Positions 9,986 through 20,322 of a DNA stretch of 64,000 nucleotides are shown one piece after another. The notes beneath the pieces were generated by a model that was not told where the DNA came from, searched no databases, and saw only the letters and a program-made list of their open reading frames with translations. Numbering within the stretch: the first letter of the stretch is position 1; each line of letters begins with the position of its first letter. The stretch comes from Candidatus Delongbacteria bacterium. GTDB lineage: Bacteria > CAIWAD01. The stretch is from NCBI GenBank assembly GCA_963663545.1, contig OY760505.1, forward strand, positions 3,232,001 to 3,296,000, in the 5' to 3' direction. Both the position numbers and the translations under genes were made by a program.

Positions 9986-12900
9986 GTGATCCATTCCGTG
10001 AAAGGTGCCCGCGTGAAGGCCTGTTCTGACTCCGCGATGACCCTGACGGCTAACGGCGAGTTCTGCATTCAGGACTACAACCGAGCAAAAGCCTTCGCCA
10101 GCTTTCTGCCGGGAGTGGCGGGAAGGCAGGGCATTCCGCTGTGGGCCTTTTACGTAAATCGTGGCCAGTGTGTATGCAGCATGGGCGTACAGGACAAGCA
10201 GCATGCGATACTGGAGTTTCTACCGGCCAATCGCGCCTACCAGCTCACGCCGTTGCAGGGCTTTCGCACTTTCCTCAAGCTCTCACGCAAGGGCGACAGC
10301 GTGTATTACGAGCCCTTTCAAAATCACCTGGTCGACCGGGAACAGAAGCGCTGCCAGCGTATGCTGATTCGTCCCGATTCGCTTGGGCTGGTGGAGGAAA
10401 ACGAGAGCCTGGGGCTGCAGATCGAGCTTGAGTATCTCGGCGTGCCGCGCGAAAGCTACCCGGGTCTGCTACGCAAGCTCGTGATTCGTAACACGGCAGA
10501 GCAGGATCTTGCACTCGAAGGGCTGGACGGCCTGCCGCTGATCGTTCCCTATGGCGTCAATGATCATGTACTCAAGCACATGCGCCGGACCATTGAAGCC
10601 TTTGTGCAGGTGGACAACTATGAAACCAATGTGCCCTTCTTCCGCTGCCGGGTGGAACCTGCCGATCGACCCGATGTGATACAGATTCAGCAAGGCCATT
10701 TTTATCTGGGCTACATGTTGCATTTATCGGGCAGCGAACTCGTCCGACCGCTGGTGGATCCGGAGCGCGTTTTCGGCAGCCAGTTGGATTTCAGCTACCC
10801 CGAAGGATTTCTGGCCGGTGATCTGGAGTCATTGTATCACGGGCAGATGTTGCAGAACTGCCTGCCCTGCGCGATGGGGCCGATCAAGGCGCGGCTGGCA
10901 TCTGGCGAGTCCATGACTTACATCTCCATTGTGGGAAACGCACGCTCGCTGGAAGCCCTGAACGGAATGATACCGGCGCTGACCAGAACGGGCTACGTTG
11001 AAGAACGCGCCCGCTTGAACCGGGAGCTGATCGAGCATCTGACCCAGCACGGTCTTCTGATTTCCAGCAATGCGGCGCTCAGTCAGTATGCACGTCAGAA
11101 TTTCCTGGACAACACGCTGCGTGGCGGATTCCCCCACACGCTGAAGGGGCGTGATACCCAACCCGTGATACATCTCTACTCGCGTAAACACGGTGATCTG
11201 GAGCGCGATTACAACGATTTTCTACTGGAAGCTTCGCCCTATTCCCAGGGATTTGGCAACTACCGTGACACATGCCAGAACCGGCGTTGTGACCTGCTGA
11301 TCAATCCGGATGTGGATACGCAGAACCTGCGGCAGTTCTACAATCTGATTCAGTTGGACAGCTACAATCCGCTGGTGGTGCGTGAGACACGCTACGCCGT
11401 GGCGGATCAGGCGAGTCTGCAATCCATGATGATCCGACATCTCCCGGCGGCCAGTGTTCCCTTGGCGATGGCCCTTGCGAACAAGCCCTTCGCACCAGGC
11501 GAGTTGTTGATGCGTCTGCAGGAGCACGGACTTCAGCCAAGTCGTGATACAGACACATTCCTGGGCGATTTGCTGGGAAGCTGCCGTCCGCTTTTTGAGG
11601 CGGAACACGGCGAGGGATTCTGGATCGATCACTGGACCTATAATCTGGATCTGTTGCAGAATTTCCTGTCCGTACATCCCGAGCGCGAAGCTGAGGTTCT
11701 CTTCCGCGACAAGAGCTTCGGCTTCTACGACAACGAGTACCGGGTGCTACCACGCGACGACAAGTACGTCATCTGGGAAGGCCGCCCGATGCAGCTCTCC
11801 GCCGTGATACGCGACGAAGAGAAGGCTGCGCTGATTTCACATCGGAGCCGCGATCCCCACCGTGTGCGAACGCTTTCCGGCCACGGCGAAGTGTATCACA
11901 CGACGCTCTTCAGCGTGCTACTGTGCCTGGTGGTCAATCGTATGGCAACGCTGGATCCGGATGGTGTCGGCGTGGAGATGGAAGCCGGCAAGCCTGACTG
12001 GTACGATGCGCTCAACGGCCTCCCGGGTCAGATGGGCTCCAGCCTAAGTGTCACACTGGAAATCAAGCGTCACCTGCTCTTTCTGAGGGAAGCTCTGCTA
12101 CGACTGCCGTCAGACACCGGTCTGGGGCTGTTTGAAGAACTGTACGACTTCCTTCTGGCGCTCGATGGGCTGCTGGTGCGGAATCCCGCGGCCATGGAAT
12201 ACTGGGACCAGTCTGCGGCGCTCAAAGAGGCTTACCGCGAACGTGTGCGACTGGGTGTCAGTGGACGTGAACGCACGCTTTCGGCTGGCGAGCTGCTGGA
12301 CTTTTTTGGCCGTTGCCTGCAGCGGCTTGAACGAGGTTTCCAAACTGCCTGGGACGAGCAGGTCGACCTGCCTCGCACCTATTTTCTTCATGAAGTGCTC
12401 GAGTACCAGGAACTCCTGGAGAGCGGACCCGAGGGCGAGGCGCGAGCCAGACGCAACCATGACGGGCTGCCCTGCATTCGTATCACGAGCTTCAAGAAGC
12501 AAGCGCTACCGCTCTTTCTGGAAGGCCCCGTGCATTATCTGCGCTGTCTGCAGGCCGAGGGGCGCCACGAAGAAGCACGGGCGATTTCCAGGGCGCTGGA
12601 GGAAAGTGAACTCTACGATCGCGCGCTGGGCATGTTCAAAGTCAATGCCTCGCTGCAGAAGCTACCCTACGAGATCGGACGCGCCCGCGTGTTCACACCC
12701 GGATGGCTGGAGAATGAGTCCATCTGGCTGCACATGGAATACAAGTACCTGCTGGAGTTGATTCGCAACGGGCTCTATGAAGACTTCTACCGTCACGCCG
12801 GGCGCGCGCTGATTCCGCAGCTGGATCCCGCCGTATACGGTCGCAGCACGCTGGAGAACTGCTCCTTTCTGGTCAGCAGCGCGAATCCCAATCCGGCTCT

Positions 12901-13372
12901 GCACGGCAGCGGCTATGTCGCGCGCTTGAGCGGGGCGACGGCTGAATTCCTGCACATGGCGCAGCTCCTCTGTCTGGGCCAGCGTCCTTTCCGCATGGAT
13001 GAGAACGAGCTGGTTCTTGCACTGCGGCCTGCGCTGCGCGGAGACATGTTTAGCACAGCGCCTTCTACGCAGCGACTGTATCAGCGCGGCGAGTGGCGTG
13101 ACCTGACCGTGCCCGCCAACTGTTTCGGCTTCCTTTTCCTAGGGCGCATTCTGGTGCTCTACCACAATCCGGAACGAGCGGACACCTTCGGTCCCCAAGC
13201 CGTCCGACCCGCGCTGTGGCGTATCTATGAGGGCGAGGAGCTGCTGGCGGAAGTCCGGGCAGAAAGCCTGCGCGGCGAGATCGTTCGGCGCATCCGCGAG
13301 CGCGCTGTCACGCGAATCGAAGTTCATTTAGCCATCGCCTCGGATGACGTCGCATCGAGCGAGCCGGTCTGA
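9986..13372 (+). CDS. Beta-1,3-glucan phosphorylase, GH161-like
   Basis: 1128 aa with no signal peptide; FASFLPGVAG..GIPLWAFYVNRGQ, YSRKHGDLERDYN, GKPDWYDALNGLPG and ENESIWLHMEYK; glucanase context. Confidence 0.75.
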   Translation: MIHSVKGARVKACSDSAMTLTANGEFCIQDYNRAKAFASFLPGVAGRQGIPLWAFYVNRGQCVCSMGVQDKQHAILEFLPANRAYQLTPLQGFRTFLKLSRKGDSVYYEPFQNHLVDREQKRCQRMLIRPDSLGLVEENESLGLQIELEYLGVPRESYPGLLRKLVIRNTAEQDLALEGLDGLPLIVPYGVNDHVLKHMRRTIEAFVQVDNYETNVPFFRCRVEPADRPDVIQIQQGHFYLGYMLHLSGSELVRPLVDPERVFGSQLDFSYPEGFLAGDLESLYHGQMLQNCLPCAMGPIKARLASGESMTYISIVGNARSLEALNGMIPALTRTGYVEERARLNRELIEHLTQHGLLISSNAALSQYARQNFLDNTLRGGFPHTLKGRDTQPVIHLYSRKHGDLERDYNDFLLEASPYSQGFGNYRDTCQNRRCDLLINPDVDTQNLRQFYNLIQLDSYNPLVVRETRYAVADQASLQSMMIRHLPAASVPLAMALANKPFAPGELLMRLQEHGLQPSRDTDTFLGDLLGSCRPLFEAEHGEGFWIDHWTYNLDLLQNFLSVHPEREAEVLFRDKSFGFYDNEYRVLPRDDKYVIWEGRPMQLSAVIRDEEKAALISHRSRDPHRVRTLSGHGEVYHTTLFSVLLCLVVNRMATLDPDGVGVEMEAGKPDWYDALNGLPGQMGSSLSVTLEIKRHLLFLREALLRLPSDTGLGLFEELYDFLLALDGLLVRNPAAMEYWDQSAALKEAYRERVRLGVSGRERTLSAGELLDFFGRCLQRLERGFQTAWDEQVDLPRTYFLHEVLEYQELLESGPEGEARARRNHDGLPCIRITSFKKQALPLFLEGPVHYLRCLQAEGRHEEARAISRALEESELYDRALGMFKVNASLQKLPYEIGRARVFTPGWLENESIWLHMEYKYLLELIRNGLYEDFYRHAGRALIPQLDPAVYGRSTLENCSFLVSSANPNPALHGSGYVARLSGATAEFLHMAQLLCLGQRPFRMDENELVLALRPALRGDMFSTAPSTQRLYQRGEWRDLTVPANCFGFLFLGRILVLYHNPERADTFGPQAVRPALWRIYEGEELLAEVRAESLRGEIVRRIRERAVTRIEVHLAIASDDVASSEPV

Positions 13373-13400
13373 GGAGATTTTCTTGGCCCCGGAGTTTTCC

Positions 13401-13460
13401 TTGACTCTTGCAGAGGGCAGTGCTACTGTTGGGGCCAATAGTTCGGAAACCGAACTAAGT
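13401..13460 (+). promoter_or_regulatory. Sigma70 promoter with downstream ROK-type operator
   Basis: TTGACT-N17-TACTGT; palindrome TAGTTCG-N5-CGAACTA(AGT) at 13439-13460. Confidence 0.75.
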
Positions 13461-13568
13461 ACCGAGCGGGAGTCCCGGTAAAGCTGAGCCGCATTGCCCG
13501 ACGGCCAGCCTGAGAAGCCGGGATGTGAAGCAAGAAATGTCACCAGGCGAATTGCGAAGGAGACCCTC

Positions 13569-15935
13569 ATGAAGAAACTGGCCTTGGCATTGTTGGCAGG
13601 CGCCTGCCTGCAGCCTGCACTGGCCCTGGAGGCGCCCACCGCCCAATTGCAGGCGAGCGGCTCCAACCTCAGTCTTTCCTGGACCGAAGTTCAGGGAGCG
13701 GAATCGTATCTGATCTACACCAAGAGCGAGGCCTACGGTGCGGCGACCCTGCTGGCCGAGGTGGGCGCGGAGGTTCTCAGCTACGACGTTACCGGCAACG
13801 GCGCCTTCTTCTACGTAACCGTTACGGGCGAAGAAGCTGGGTCGACCAATCTGATCAGCAACTGGGATTTCGAAACCGGCGATCTGACGGATTGGATCAC
13901 CACTCCTTCTGACGATGCAGAAGTCACAGTTACGGAGCTGAACGGTCCCGGCGCAGCGGGTAGCTATAGCGCCTCAATGAGCAACGAGCATCTGACGTAC
14001 GGACTTGTGCTGCAGCAGTCCACGCCCGTGGGAAGTGCCGGTCAGGGAACCGTGAGCTGGTCCTTTGACATGCTGCTGGATCAAGCGGACGCAGGCGGTG
14101 TCTTCTTCTTCCAGGTGTTTGCCGAGCAGGAGGGCGCCGGTATTGTCGGCGGCAGTGGCTTGCAGGGACCGCTGTGGCCCTGGACAGAGTGGCAAACCTT
14201 CAGCGGCAGCTTTGATGCTCCTGCTGGTACCGATTTCCTGACTGTGCAATTCTCCGCGACAACCGGTGGCGCTGAGGGCAGCAATTGCTTTGCCCACATC
14301 GACAATGTGGTGCTGGAGCAGGGCCCGATCGTCGTCGTTCCGGAAGCTGTGCCCACCGTGGCTGCACCGACGCCCACCGCGGACGCCGACAGTGTAGTGG
14401 CCCTTTTCAGCAACGCTTACACCTGTGTTGACGTGGACACCTGGAGCACCGATTGGGATGTGGCCGATCTGGTGGACACGCTGATCGCGGGTAACGACAC
14501 CAAGCTCTACCGCAACCTGAGCTACGCTGGGATCGAGTTCGCCAACCCGACGGTGGATGCCAGTGCCATGACCCGTTTCCACATGGACATCTGGACGCCA
14601 AACGCCGTAACCACGGCCCAGTTCGGCATCAAGCTTGTTGACTTCGGTGCGGACGGGGTTTACAACGGTGGTGACGATACGAACGCTCAGATCTGGATCA
14701 ATCCTGCCTCCGCGACGCCGCTGCAGAGTGAGACCTGGGTTGGCATCGATGTCTCAATGGAAGCCTTTGGCGCCTTGGCTTCGACAGAACACTTGGCTCA
14801 GTTGATTATTGAAGGACTGAGCACCGTGTACGTCGACAACGTCTATTTCTGGAATGACGGCTACGTGGCCCAGCCCGATCCCACTCCGCTAGTCGCAGCA
14901 CCCACTCCGACCGTAGACGCCGACAGCGTGATCGCGCTGTTCAGCGACGCCTACACCTGCGTCAACGTGGACAGCTGGTCCATGTCCTGGGATGCCGCCG
15001 ACGTGACCGACACCACCGTGGTCGGCAACGCCACCAAGCTCTACACCAACATGGTCTACGCCGGTATCGAGTTCGCCAACCCGACCCTCGATGCCAGCGA
15101 AATGACCCGCTTCCACATGGATATCTGGCTGCCCGAGGTGATCGCCGGTTCGCAGTACGGCATCAAGCTGGTGGACTGGGGTGCCGATGGCGCCTGGAGC
15201 GGCGGTGACGATGTGGAATACATGTACTGGCTGAGTGAAACCACTGATCCGGCCCTCTCCGCCGAGAACTGGCTGAGCCTCGACCTTCCCCTTTCCGCCT
15301 TCACCGGTCTGGTGACCAAGGGGCACCTGGCCCAGCTGATTATTCAGGGACAGGAGACCGTGTGGGTGGACAACGTCTACCTGTGGAATGACGGCAGCGT
15401 TGTAGAAGGCCCCGCCGAGCCCACCGTGGCCGCGCCGACGCCCAGCTACGACGCCCTGAACGTGATCAGCCTCTTCAGCAACGCCTACACCAATCAGACC
15501 GTGGACACCTGGTCCGCTGGTTGGGACATGGCCGCTGTCAGCGACGTGCAGATTGCCGGTGACGATGCCAAGAAGTACGAGGGACTGACCTTCGCTGGTA
15601 TCGAATTCACCTCCCAGATGGTGGATGCCAATTCTATGTCGCACTTCCGCATGGATATCTGGACGCCCGATGCGACCGATCTGCCCGCCGACTTCTGGAT
15701 CAAACTGGTGGACTTCGGCGCCGACGGTGCCTACGGTGGCGGTGATGATGTAGAGTCTGAGCTGCACTTTGATGCCAGCACCACTCCGGCGCTGGTGAGC
15801 GAGGGTTGGGTTACCTTCGAGCTGCCCCTGTCCGATTTCACCTCGCTGGTGACACACGGACATCTTGCGCAGCTGCTGATCGGTGGCACGCCCAACACCG
15901 TTTACGTGGACAATGTGCTCTTCTTCAGCGAATAG
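13569..15935 (+). CDS. Secreted multi-CBM glucan-binding protein (3 repeats)
   Basis: MKKLAL signal peptide after AAGGAG; N-terminal small beta module; NWDFE CBM-like domain; 3 copies of the repeat module. Confidence 0.8.
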   Translation: MKKLALALLAGACLQPALALEAPTAQLQASGSNLSLSWTEVQGAESYLIYTKSEAYGAATLLAEVGAEVLSYDVTGNGAFFYVTVTGEEAGSTNLISNWDFETGDLTDWITTPSDDAEVTVTELNGPGAAGSYSASMSNEHLTYGLVLQQSTPVGSAGQGTVSWSFDMLLDQADAGGVFFFQVFAEQEGAGIVGGSGLQGPLWPWTEWQTFSGSFDAPAGTDFLTVQFSATTGGAEGSNCFAHIDNVVLEQGPIVVVPEAVPTVAAPTPTADADSVVALFSNAYTCVDVDTWSTDWDVADLVDTLIAGNDTKLYRNLSYAGIEFANPTVDASAMTRFHMDIWTPNAVTTAQFGIKLVDFGADGVYNGGDDTNAQIWINPASATPLQSETWVGIDVSMEAFGALASTEHLAQLIIEGLSTVYVDNVYFWNDGYVAQPDPTPLVAAPTPTVDADSVIALFSDAYTCVNVDSWSMSWDAADVTDTTVVGNATKLYTNMVYAGIEFANPTLDASEMTRFHMDIWLPEVIAGSQYGIKLVDWGADGAWSGGDDVEYMYWLSETTDPALSAENWLSLDLPLSAFTGLVTKGHLAQLIIQGQETVWVDNVYLWNDGSVVEGPAEPTVAAPTPSYDALNVISLFSNAYTNQTVDTWSAGWDMAAVSDVQIAGDDAKKYEGLTFAGIEFTSQMVDANSMSHFRMDIWTPDATDLPADFWIKLVDFGADGAYGGGDDVESELHFDASTTPALVSEGWVTFELPLSDFTSLVTHGHLAQLLIGGTPNTVYVDNVLFFSE

Positions 15936-15951
15936 CTGATTCGTATCGCGG

Positions 15952-15984
15952 AGCCGGCGGGGAGCCATTCCCGCCGGCTGTTTT
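15952..15984 (+). terminator. Intrinsic terminator/attenuator
   Basis: AGCCGGCGGG...CCCGCCGGCT stem followed by GTTTT. Confidence 0.65.
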
Positions 15985-16021
15985 CCCACCGGCCGCAGAG
16001 GCCAAGCCCTAGGAACTCCTC

Positions 16022-17833
16022 ATGACCACAAGCTCGACTTCCCGTCCTCATTTTGTGAACCCCCGCCTGGCCCTGCTTGGACTGCTGTTGGGTGCTGGCG
16101 TACTACAGGCTCAGGTCGGCCCCGTCCTCTGGCAGGAGGATTTCAACGACCTGGAGAACTGGATCGCGGAGACCGGCAATGGCTCCTGGGGCTGGGGCAA
16201 CGGCGAGTTGCAGTATTACTCGCCCGACAACGCCGAGGTCGTCGAACTGGCGGACGATCCGGGCAACATGGCGCTACGTATCACGGCGCGTCAGGAAAGC
16301 GGCCCGGGCATTGTGGATCAGTGGGGCAATGCGCTCAACTACACCAGCGCCCGGCTGAACACAAAATCCAAGGTGAGCATTCGCCACGGCCTGGTGGAAG
16401 CGCGCGTCAAGGTGCCCGACCTGAATGTGGGCGGCTGGCCCGCGCTGTGGATGTTGGGCACTTCTACGCTGGGCTGGCCGCGCTGCGGCGAGTTGGACAT
16501 CATGGAAATGGGACACGACTCCTATTTCCGCTACCTGCACGACGGCCACAACGGCGGCGAGGGCAACGACACGGCAACCGTCAACGAGATGGTGGCCGCC
16601 AACGCCATCTTCTATTCCGATGACGCCGTCACACCGGAGAATCCCAGCGGCGGCAACAGCATTGCCTGGGATCCCGATGACGATTATTGCCGTCCGTACT
16701 ACAACCAGAGCGAAGGCTTGACCAACCGCTGGCTGACCTACCGCCTGTACTGGGATGAGGCCGAGTTGCGCTTCACCGTCACGGACGAGGGCACGGAATA
16801 CGATCTGTACGAGTCGCCCTTCCCGACGGACTCAACCAGCGCGGAGTTCCAGGAGCCCTTCTATCTGATCTGCAATCTGGCCGTCGGCGGTGCGCTGACC
16901 GACGCCTACAATCTTGGTGATCCCGGCAGCGGCCAGCCCGTATCGATGAGCTTTCCCGCCGAGATGTACGTGGATTACATTCGCGTGAGTCAGTGGAACG
17001 GCCAGGGCGAAGTGACGCTGGGACCGCCCGTGCAGGTGAGCGAAAGCCTGGGCCTCTTTACCGAAACCACCGAGACCACCGAGACACTGGAGCTGGGCAC
17101 GGCGGCTGAGATTTACGTCTGGGAAGGCACGCTGATTGAAGCGGATATCGAGCCCTACGAGGGCGACAATGTGCTGGCCTGGCAGAACGCGGGTATGGGC
17201 TGGTTTGGCGCTGGCATCATGTCGATGCAGCCCACCAACCTCTTCGGATTCGCCGATGGCCACCTGAACTTCAACATTCTGATTCCCGCCGATGTGACCT
17301 TCAAGATCGGCATCATCGACGCCTGGGGAAACCAGAACTATGTCGAGTTTCCTGCTAACACAACGGTCTTTGGCCTGGAGCGCAATGGACAGTGGGGCCA
17401 GGCGGTCATTCCCATTGAAACTTTGCGCGGCCAGTACATGGACCTGCGCATGCTGAGCTACGAGTTCGTAGTGCTCGAAGAACACGGCGCCAACTGCCAA
17501 TTCGCCCTGGACAACATCTACTACGACGGTGGCGAGACCGGTGTATCACCGCAGCCCGGCACGCTGGCGGAAGATTTCGGTCTGACGGGCGTGTATCCCA
17601 ATCCCTTCAATCCCAGCACTACGGTCAAGTACCAGCTTCCCGCCTCGGCGCAAGTGCAGGTGGGCGTGTACGATCTGCAGGGGCGCCTGGTCAGTGAGCT
17701 GCTGAACGAGCGTCAACCCGCAGGGCAACATCAGCTGAATTGGAATGCGGGCAATGCTGCATCCGGCGTCTACTTCATTCAGATGCAGGCCGGTCAGCTG
17801 CGTGATACACGCAAATGCCTGCTGGTCCGCTAG
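16022..17833 (+). CDS. Secreted GH16 laminarinase-like enzyme with CBM-like domain and T9SS/FlgD-like tail
   Basis: GWGNGELQYY, YTSARL, WPALWM, GELDIME, NLAVGG; YPNPFNP tail. Confidence 0.9.
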   Translation: MTTSSTSRPHFVNPRLALLGLLLGAGVLQAQVGPVLWQEDFNDLENWIAETGNGSWGWGNGELQYYSPDNAEVVELADDPGNMALRITARQESGPGIVDQWGNALNYTSARLNTKSKVSIRHGLVEARVKVPDLNVGGWPALWMLGTSTLGWPRCGELDIMEMGHDSYFRYLHDGHNGGEGNDTATVNEMVAANAIFYSDDAVTPENPSGGNSIAWDPDDDYCRPYYNQSEGLTNRWLTYRLYWDEAELRFTVTDEGTEYDLYESPFPTDSTSAEFQEPFYLICNLAVGGALTDAYNLGDPGSGQPVSMSFPAEMYVDYIRVSQWNGQGEVTLGPPVQVSESLGLFTETTETTETLELGTAAEIYVWEGTLIEADIEPYEGDNVLAWQNAGMGWFGAGIMSMQPTNLFGFADGHLNFNILIPADVTFKIGIIDAWGNQNYVEFPANTTVFGLERNGQWGQAVIPIETLRGQYMDLRMLSYEFVVLEEHGANCQFALDNIYYDGGETGVSPQPGTLAEDFGLTGVYPNPFNPSTTVKYQLPASAQVQVGVYDLQGRLVSELLNERQPAGQHQLNWNAGNAASGVYFIQMQAGQLRDTRKCLLVR

Positions 17834-17898
17834 CTCAAGGGCGTGATACGCGGTTGTAGAAGCAATGAGCCCCAAGGTAGCCACCGGGATGAAGGATC

Positions 17899-20322
17899 AT
17901 GATTACACGTACTACAACAATTCTGAGCCTGGCTCTGAGTCTGGGCCTTGGCCTGAACGCGCTGGCGCTGGACGCACCTCGTCTGCAGATTGAGCGGACC
18001 GAGACCGGCACTCTGGTGCTAGGCTGGCAGGCGGTTGCGGGAGCCGAAGGCTACGCGATCTATAGCATGAACGAGGCCTGGGGCACGGGCACTTTGCTGG
18101 CCGAGGTCGGCGCAGAGGTTCTCAGTTACACACTCAGCGGCGGTGATACATTCTACTATGTGACCTGCCGGGGAAACGAGAGTGGTGATACAAATCTGAT
18201 TGCGAACTGGGACTTCGAGAGCGGCGATCTTGCTGACTGGACCGTGACTTCGGCGGAAGGGGCCGAGGTGAGTATCACAGGCCTCAATGGTCCCGCTTCT
18301 ACGGGCGAGTACAGCGCGTATTTGAACAACGATTTCCTGGCCTTCGGATTGGTGCTGAAACAGTCCACGCCTATCGGTTCGGCGAGCGCAGGAAATGTGG
18401 ACTGGTCCTTCGACATGCTGTTGGATCAGGCCGATGTGGGGGGCGTATTCTTTGCCGAAGTCTTTGCCGAGCAATACGGCACGGGCATTCTGGGCGGCAG
18501 CGGTCTGCAGGGCCCCTTCTGGCCCTGGGCAAACTGGCAGACCTTCAGCGGCAGTTTTGAGGCACCGGCGGGCACCGACTTCCTGACGATTCAATTCACG
18601 GCAACTACCGGAGCCGCCACGGGCAGCAACTGCAGGGCGCACATCGACAACGTCTTTGTGTCACAGGGCACCGTGGTTGTAACACCAGATGACGTACCCA
18701 CAATAGCCGCACCCACGCCGACGGTCAGCGCCGATAGTGTGATTGCCCTTTTCAGCAATGCCTATTCTTGTGTCACGGTGGATACTTGGAGTGCTAACTG
18801 GGACGACGCAGATTTGTGTGATACGCTGATTGCCGGCAACGATACCAAGCTCTACCGCGATCTGGTCTACGCTGGCGTTGAGTTCACCAGTCAGCCAGTA
18901 GACGCAAGTGAGATGAGTCATTTTCACATGGATCTCTGGACGCCGGAGGAGACTAGCGCGGCCCAGTTCGGCATCAAGCTGGTGGACTTCGGCGCAGACG
19001 GAGCCTACGACGGCGGTGACGATGCGGAGCATACCGTTTGGATCACAGGCGCTTCTGCTACGCCGCTGCAGAGCGGCAGCTGGGTCAGCGTCGATGTATC
19101 ACTGGACGACTTCAGCAGCCTGGCGGCCAGAGCGCACCTGGCGCAACTAGTGCTGGAAGGTCTGAGCACCGTCTACATCGACAACGTCTACTTCCGTGGA
19201 GGAGACGGCGGTAGCGGCCCCGTGCCCGAATCGCCTCAGCAGGCGGCACCCGTTCCCACGCTGGATCCCACCAATGTGCTGGCCTTGTACAGCGACAGTT
19301 ATCCGCAGCATCCGGTGGACACCTGGTCCGCTGGCTGGGACTCGGCGGATCTGGCCGAGGAGACGCTGAGCGGCAACAGCCTGTTGCATTACAGCAACAT
19401 GGCCTACGCCGGAGTGGAATTCACCAGCGAGCCCATTGACGCCTATGGCTACTCGCATCTGCATTTCGATCTATGGACGGCACAGTCGACCGCGCTTCCG
19501 CGCAGCTTCACCGTGCGTTTGGTGGATTTCGGTTCTACCGGCGTCTACGGTGGCGGCGATGACAGCGAGAGCGATGTGGCGGTGAATGCGACCTCCACGC
19601 CTCCGCTTGCGGCTGGCCACTGGTTGAGCTACGACCTGCCGCTCACCGATTTCAGCGCCCTTAACGACGACGCGCACCTGGCGCAACTGCTCTGGCTGGG
19701 TGATCTTAGCGAGTTCTGGGTGGACAACGTCTACTTCTATAATGATGGCAGCTTCACGCCTTCCACCGAGCCGCAGGAGGCTGCCGCCACGCCGCTCCTG
19801 CCGGAGACCGAGGTCGTCTCGCTCTATTGCAGTGTGTACGCCGACGAACCCATTGCCGCCTGGAGTGCGGCGGGCGAGAGCGTGCAGATTCAGCAGATCG
19901 CGCTGGAAGGCGACGCCACTTTGCTCTTCACCGAGCTGGAGCAGGCCAGCATCAGTCTGGAGTACGCTACGGATCTGGCGCTGATGAGTCACTTGCATCT
20001 GGATCTTTGGACGCCGGAGGACGTGGCGCTTCCCGCCAACTTCTGCATCGAACTCATCGATTGGGGCGCCAATGCTGCCCCCGGTGGCGGTGATGATTCG
20101 AGCCAGGAGCTTTGCCTGACGGCGGCCACCTCACCCGCGTTGCGCCAGGGACGCTGGCTGAGCCTGAACCTGCCGCTGAGTTCCTTTGCCAACATCGGTT
20201 CGCTGGAACACTTCGGCGGACTGCGGCTGAGCGGCGATCTGCCGACGATCTATCTGGATAACTTGTACTTCTACACGATCTGCTACCCCACCAGTCGTAC
20301 AGATCTCATCTACTTCCGTTGA
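17899..20322 (+). CDS. Secreted multi-CBM glucan-binding protein (paralog of 13569-15935)
   Basis: Same architecture with near-identical stretches (LLAEVGAEVLSY, WSFDMLLDQAD, WQTFSGSF); 3 repeats, the last degenerate. Confidence 0.8.
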   Translation: MITRTTTILSLALSLGLGLNALALDAPRLQIERTETGTLVLGWQAVAGAEGYAIYSMNEAWGTGTLLAEVGAEVLSYTLSGGDTFYYVTCRGNESGDTNLIANWDFESGDLADWTVTSAEGAEVSITGLNGPASTGEYSAYLNNDFLAFGLVLKQSTPIGSASAGNVDWSFDMLLDQADVGGVFFAEVFAEQYGTGILGGSGLQGPFWPWANWQTFSGSFEAPAGTDFLTIQFTATTGAATGSNCRAHIDNVFVSQGTVVVTPDDVPTIAAPTPTVSADSVIALFSNAYSCVTVDTWSANWDDADLCDTLIAGNDTKLYRDLVYAGVEFTSQPVDASEMSHFHMDLWTPEETSAAQFGIKLVDFGADGAYDGGDDAEHTVWITGASATPLQSGSWVSVDVSLDDFSSLAARAHLAQLVLEGLSTVYIDNVYFRGGDGGSGPVPESPQQAAPVPTLDPTNVLALYSDSYPQHPVDTWSAGWDSADLAEETLSGNSLLHYSNMAYAGVEFTSEPIDAYGYSHLHFDLWTAQSTALPRSFTVRLVDFGSTGVYGGGDDSESDVAVNATSTPPLAAGHWLSYDLPLTDFSALNDDAHLAQLLWLGDLSEFWVDNVYFYNDGSFTPSTEPQEAAATPLLPETEVVSLYCSVYADEPIAAWSAAGESVQIQQIALEGDATLLFTELEQASISLEYATDLALMSHLHLDLWTPEDVALPANFCIELIDWGANAAPGGGDDSSQELCLTAATSPALRQGRWLSLNLPLSSFANIGSLEHFGGLRLSGDLPTIYLDNLYFYTICYPTSRTDLIYFR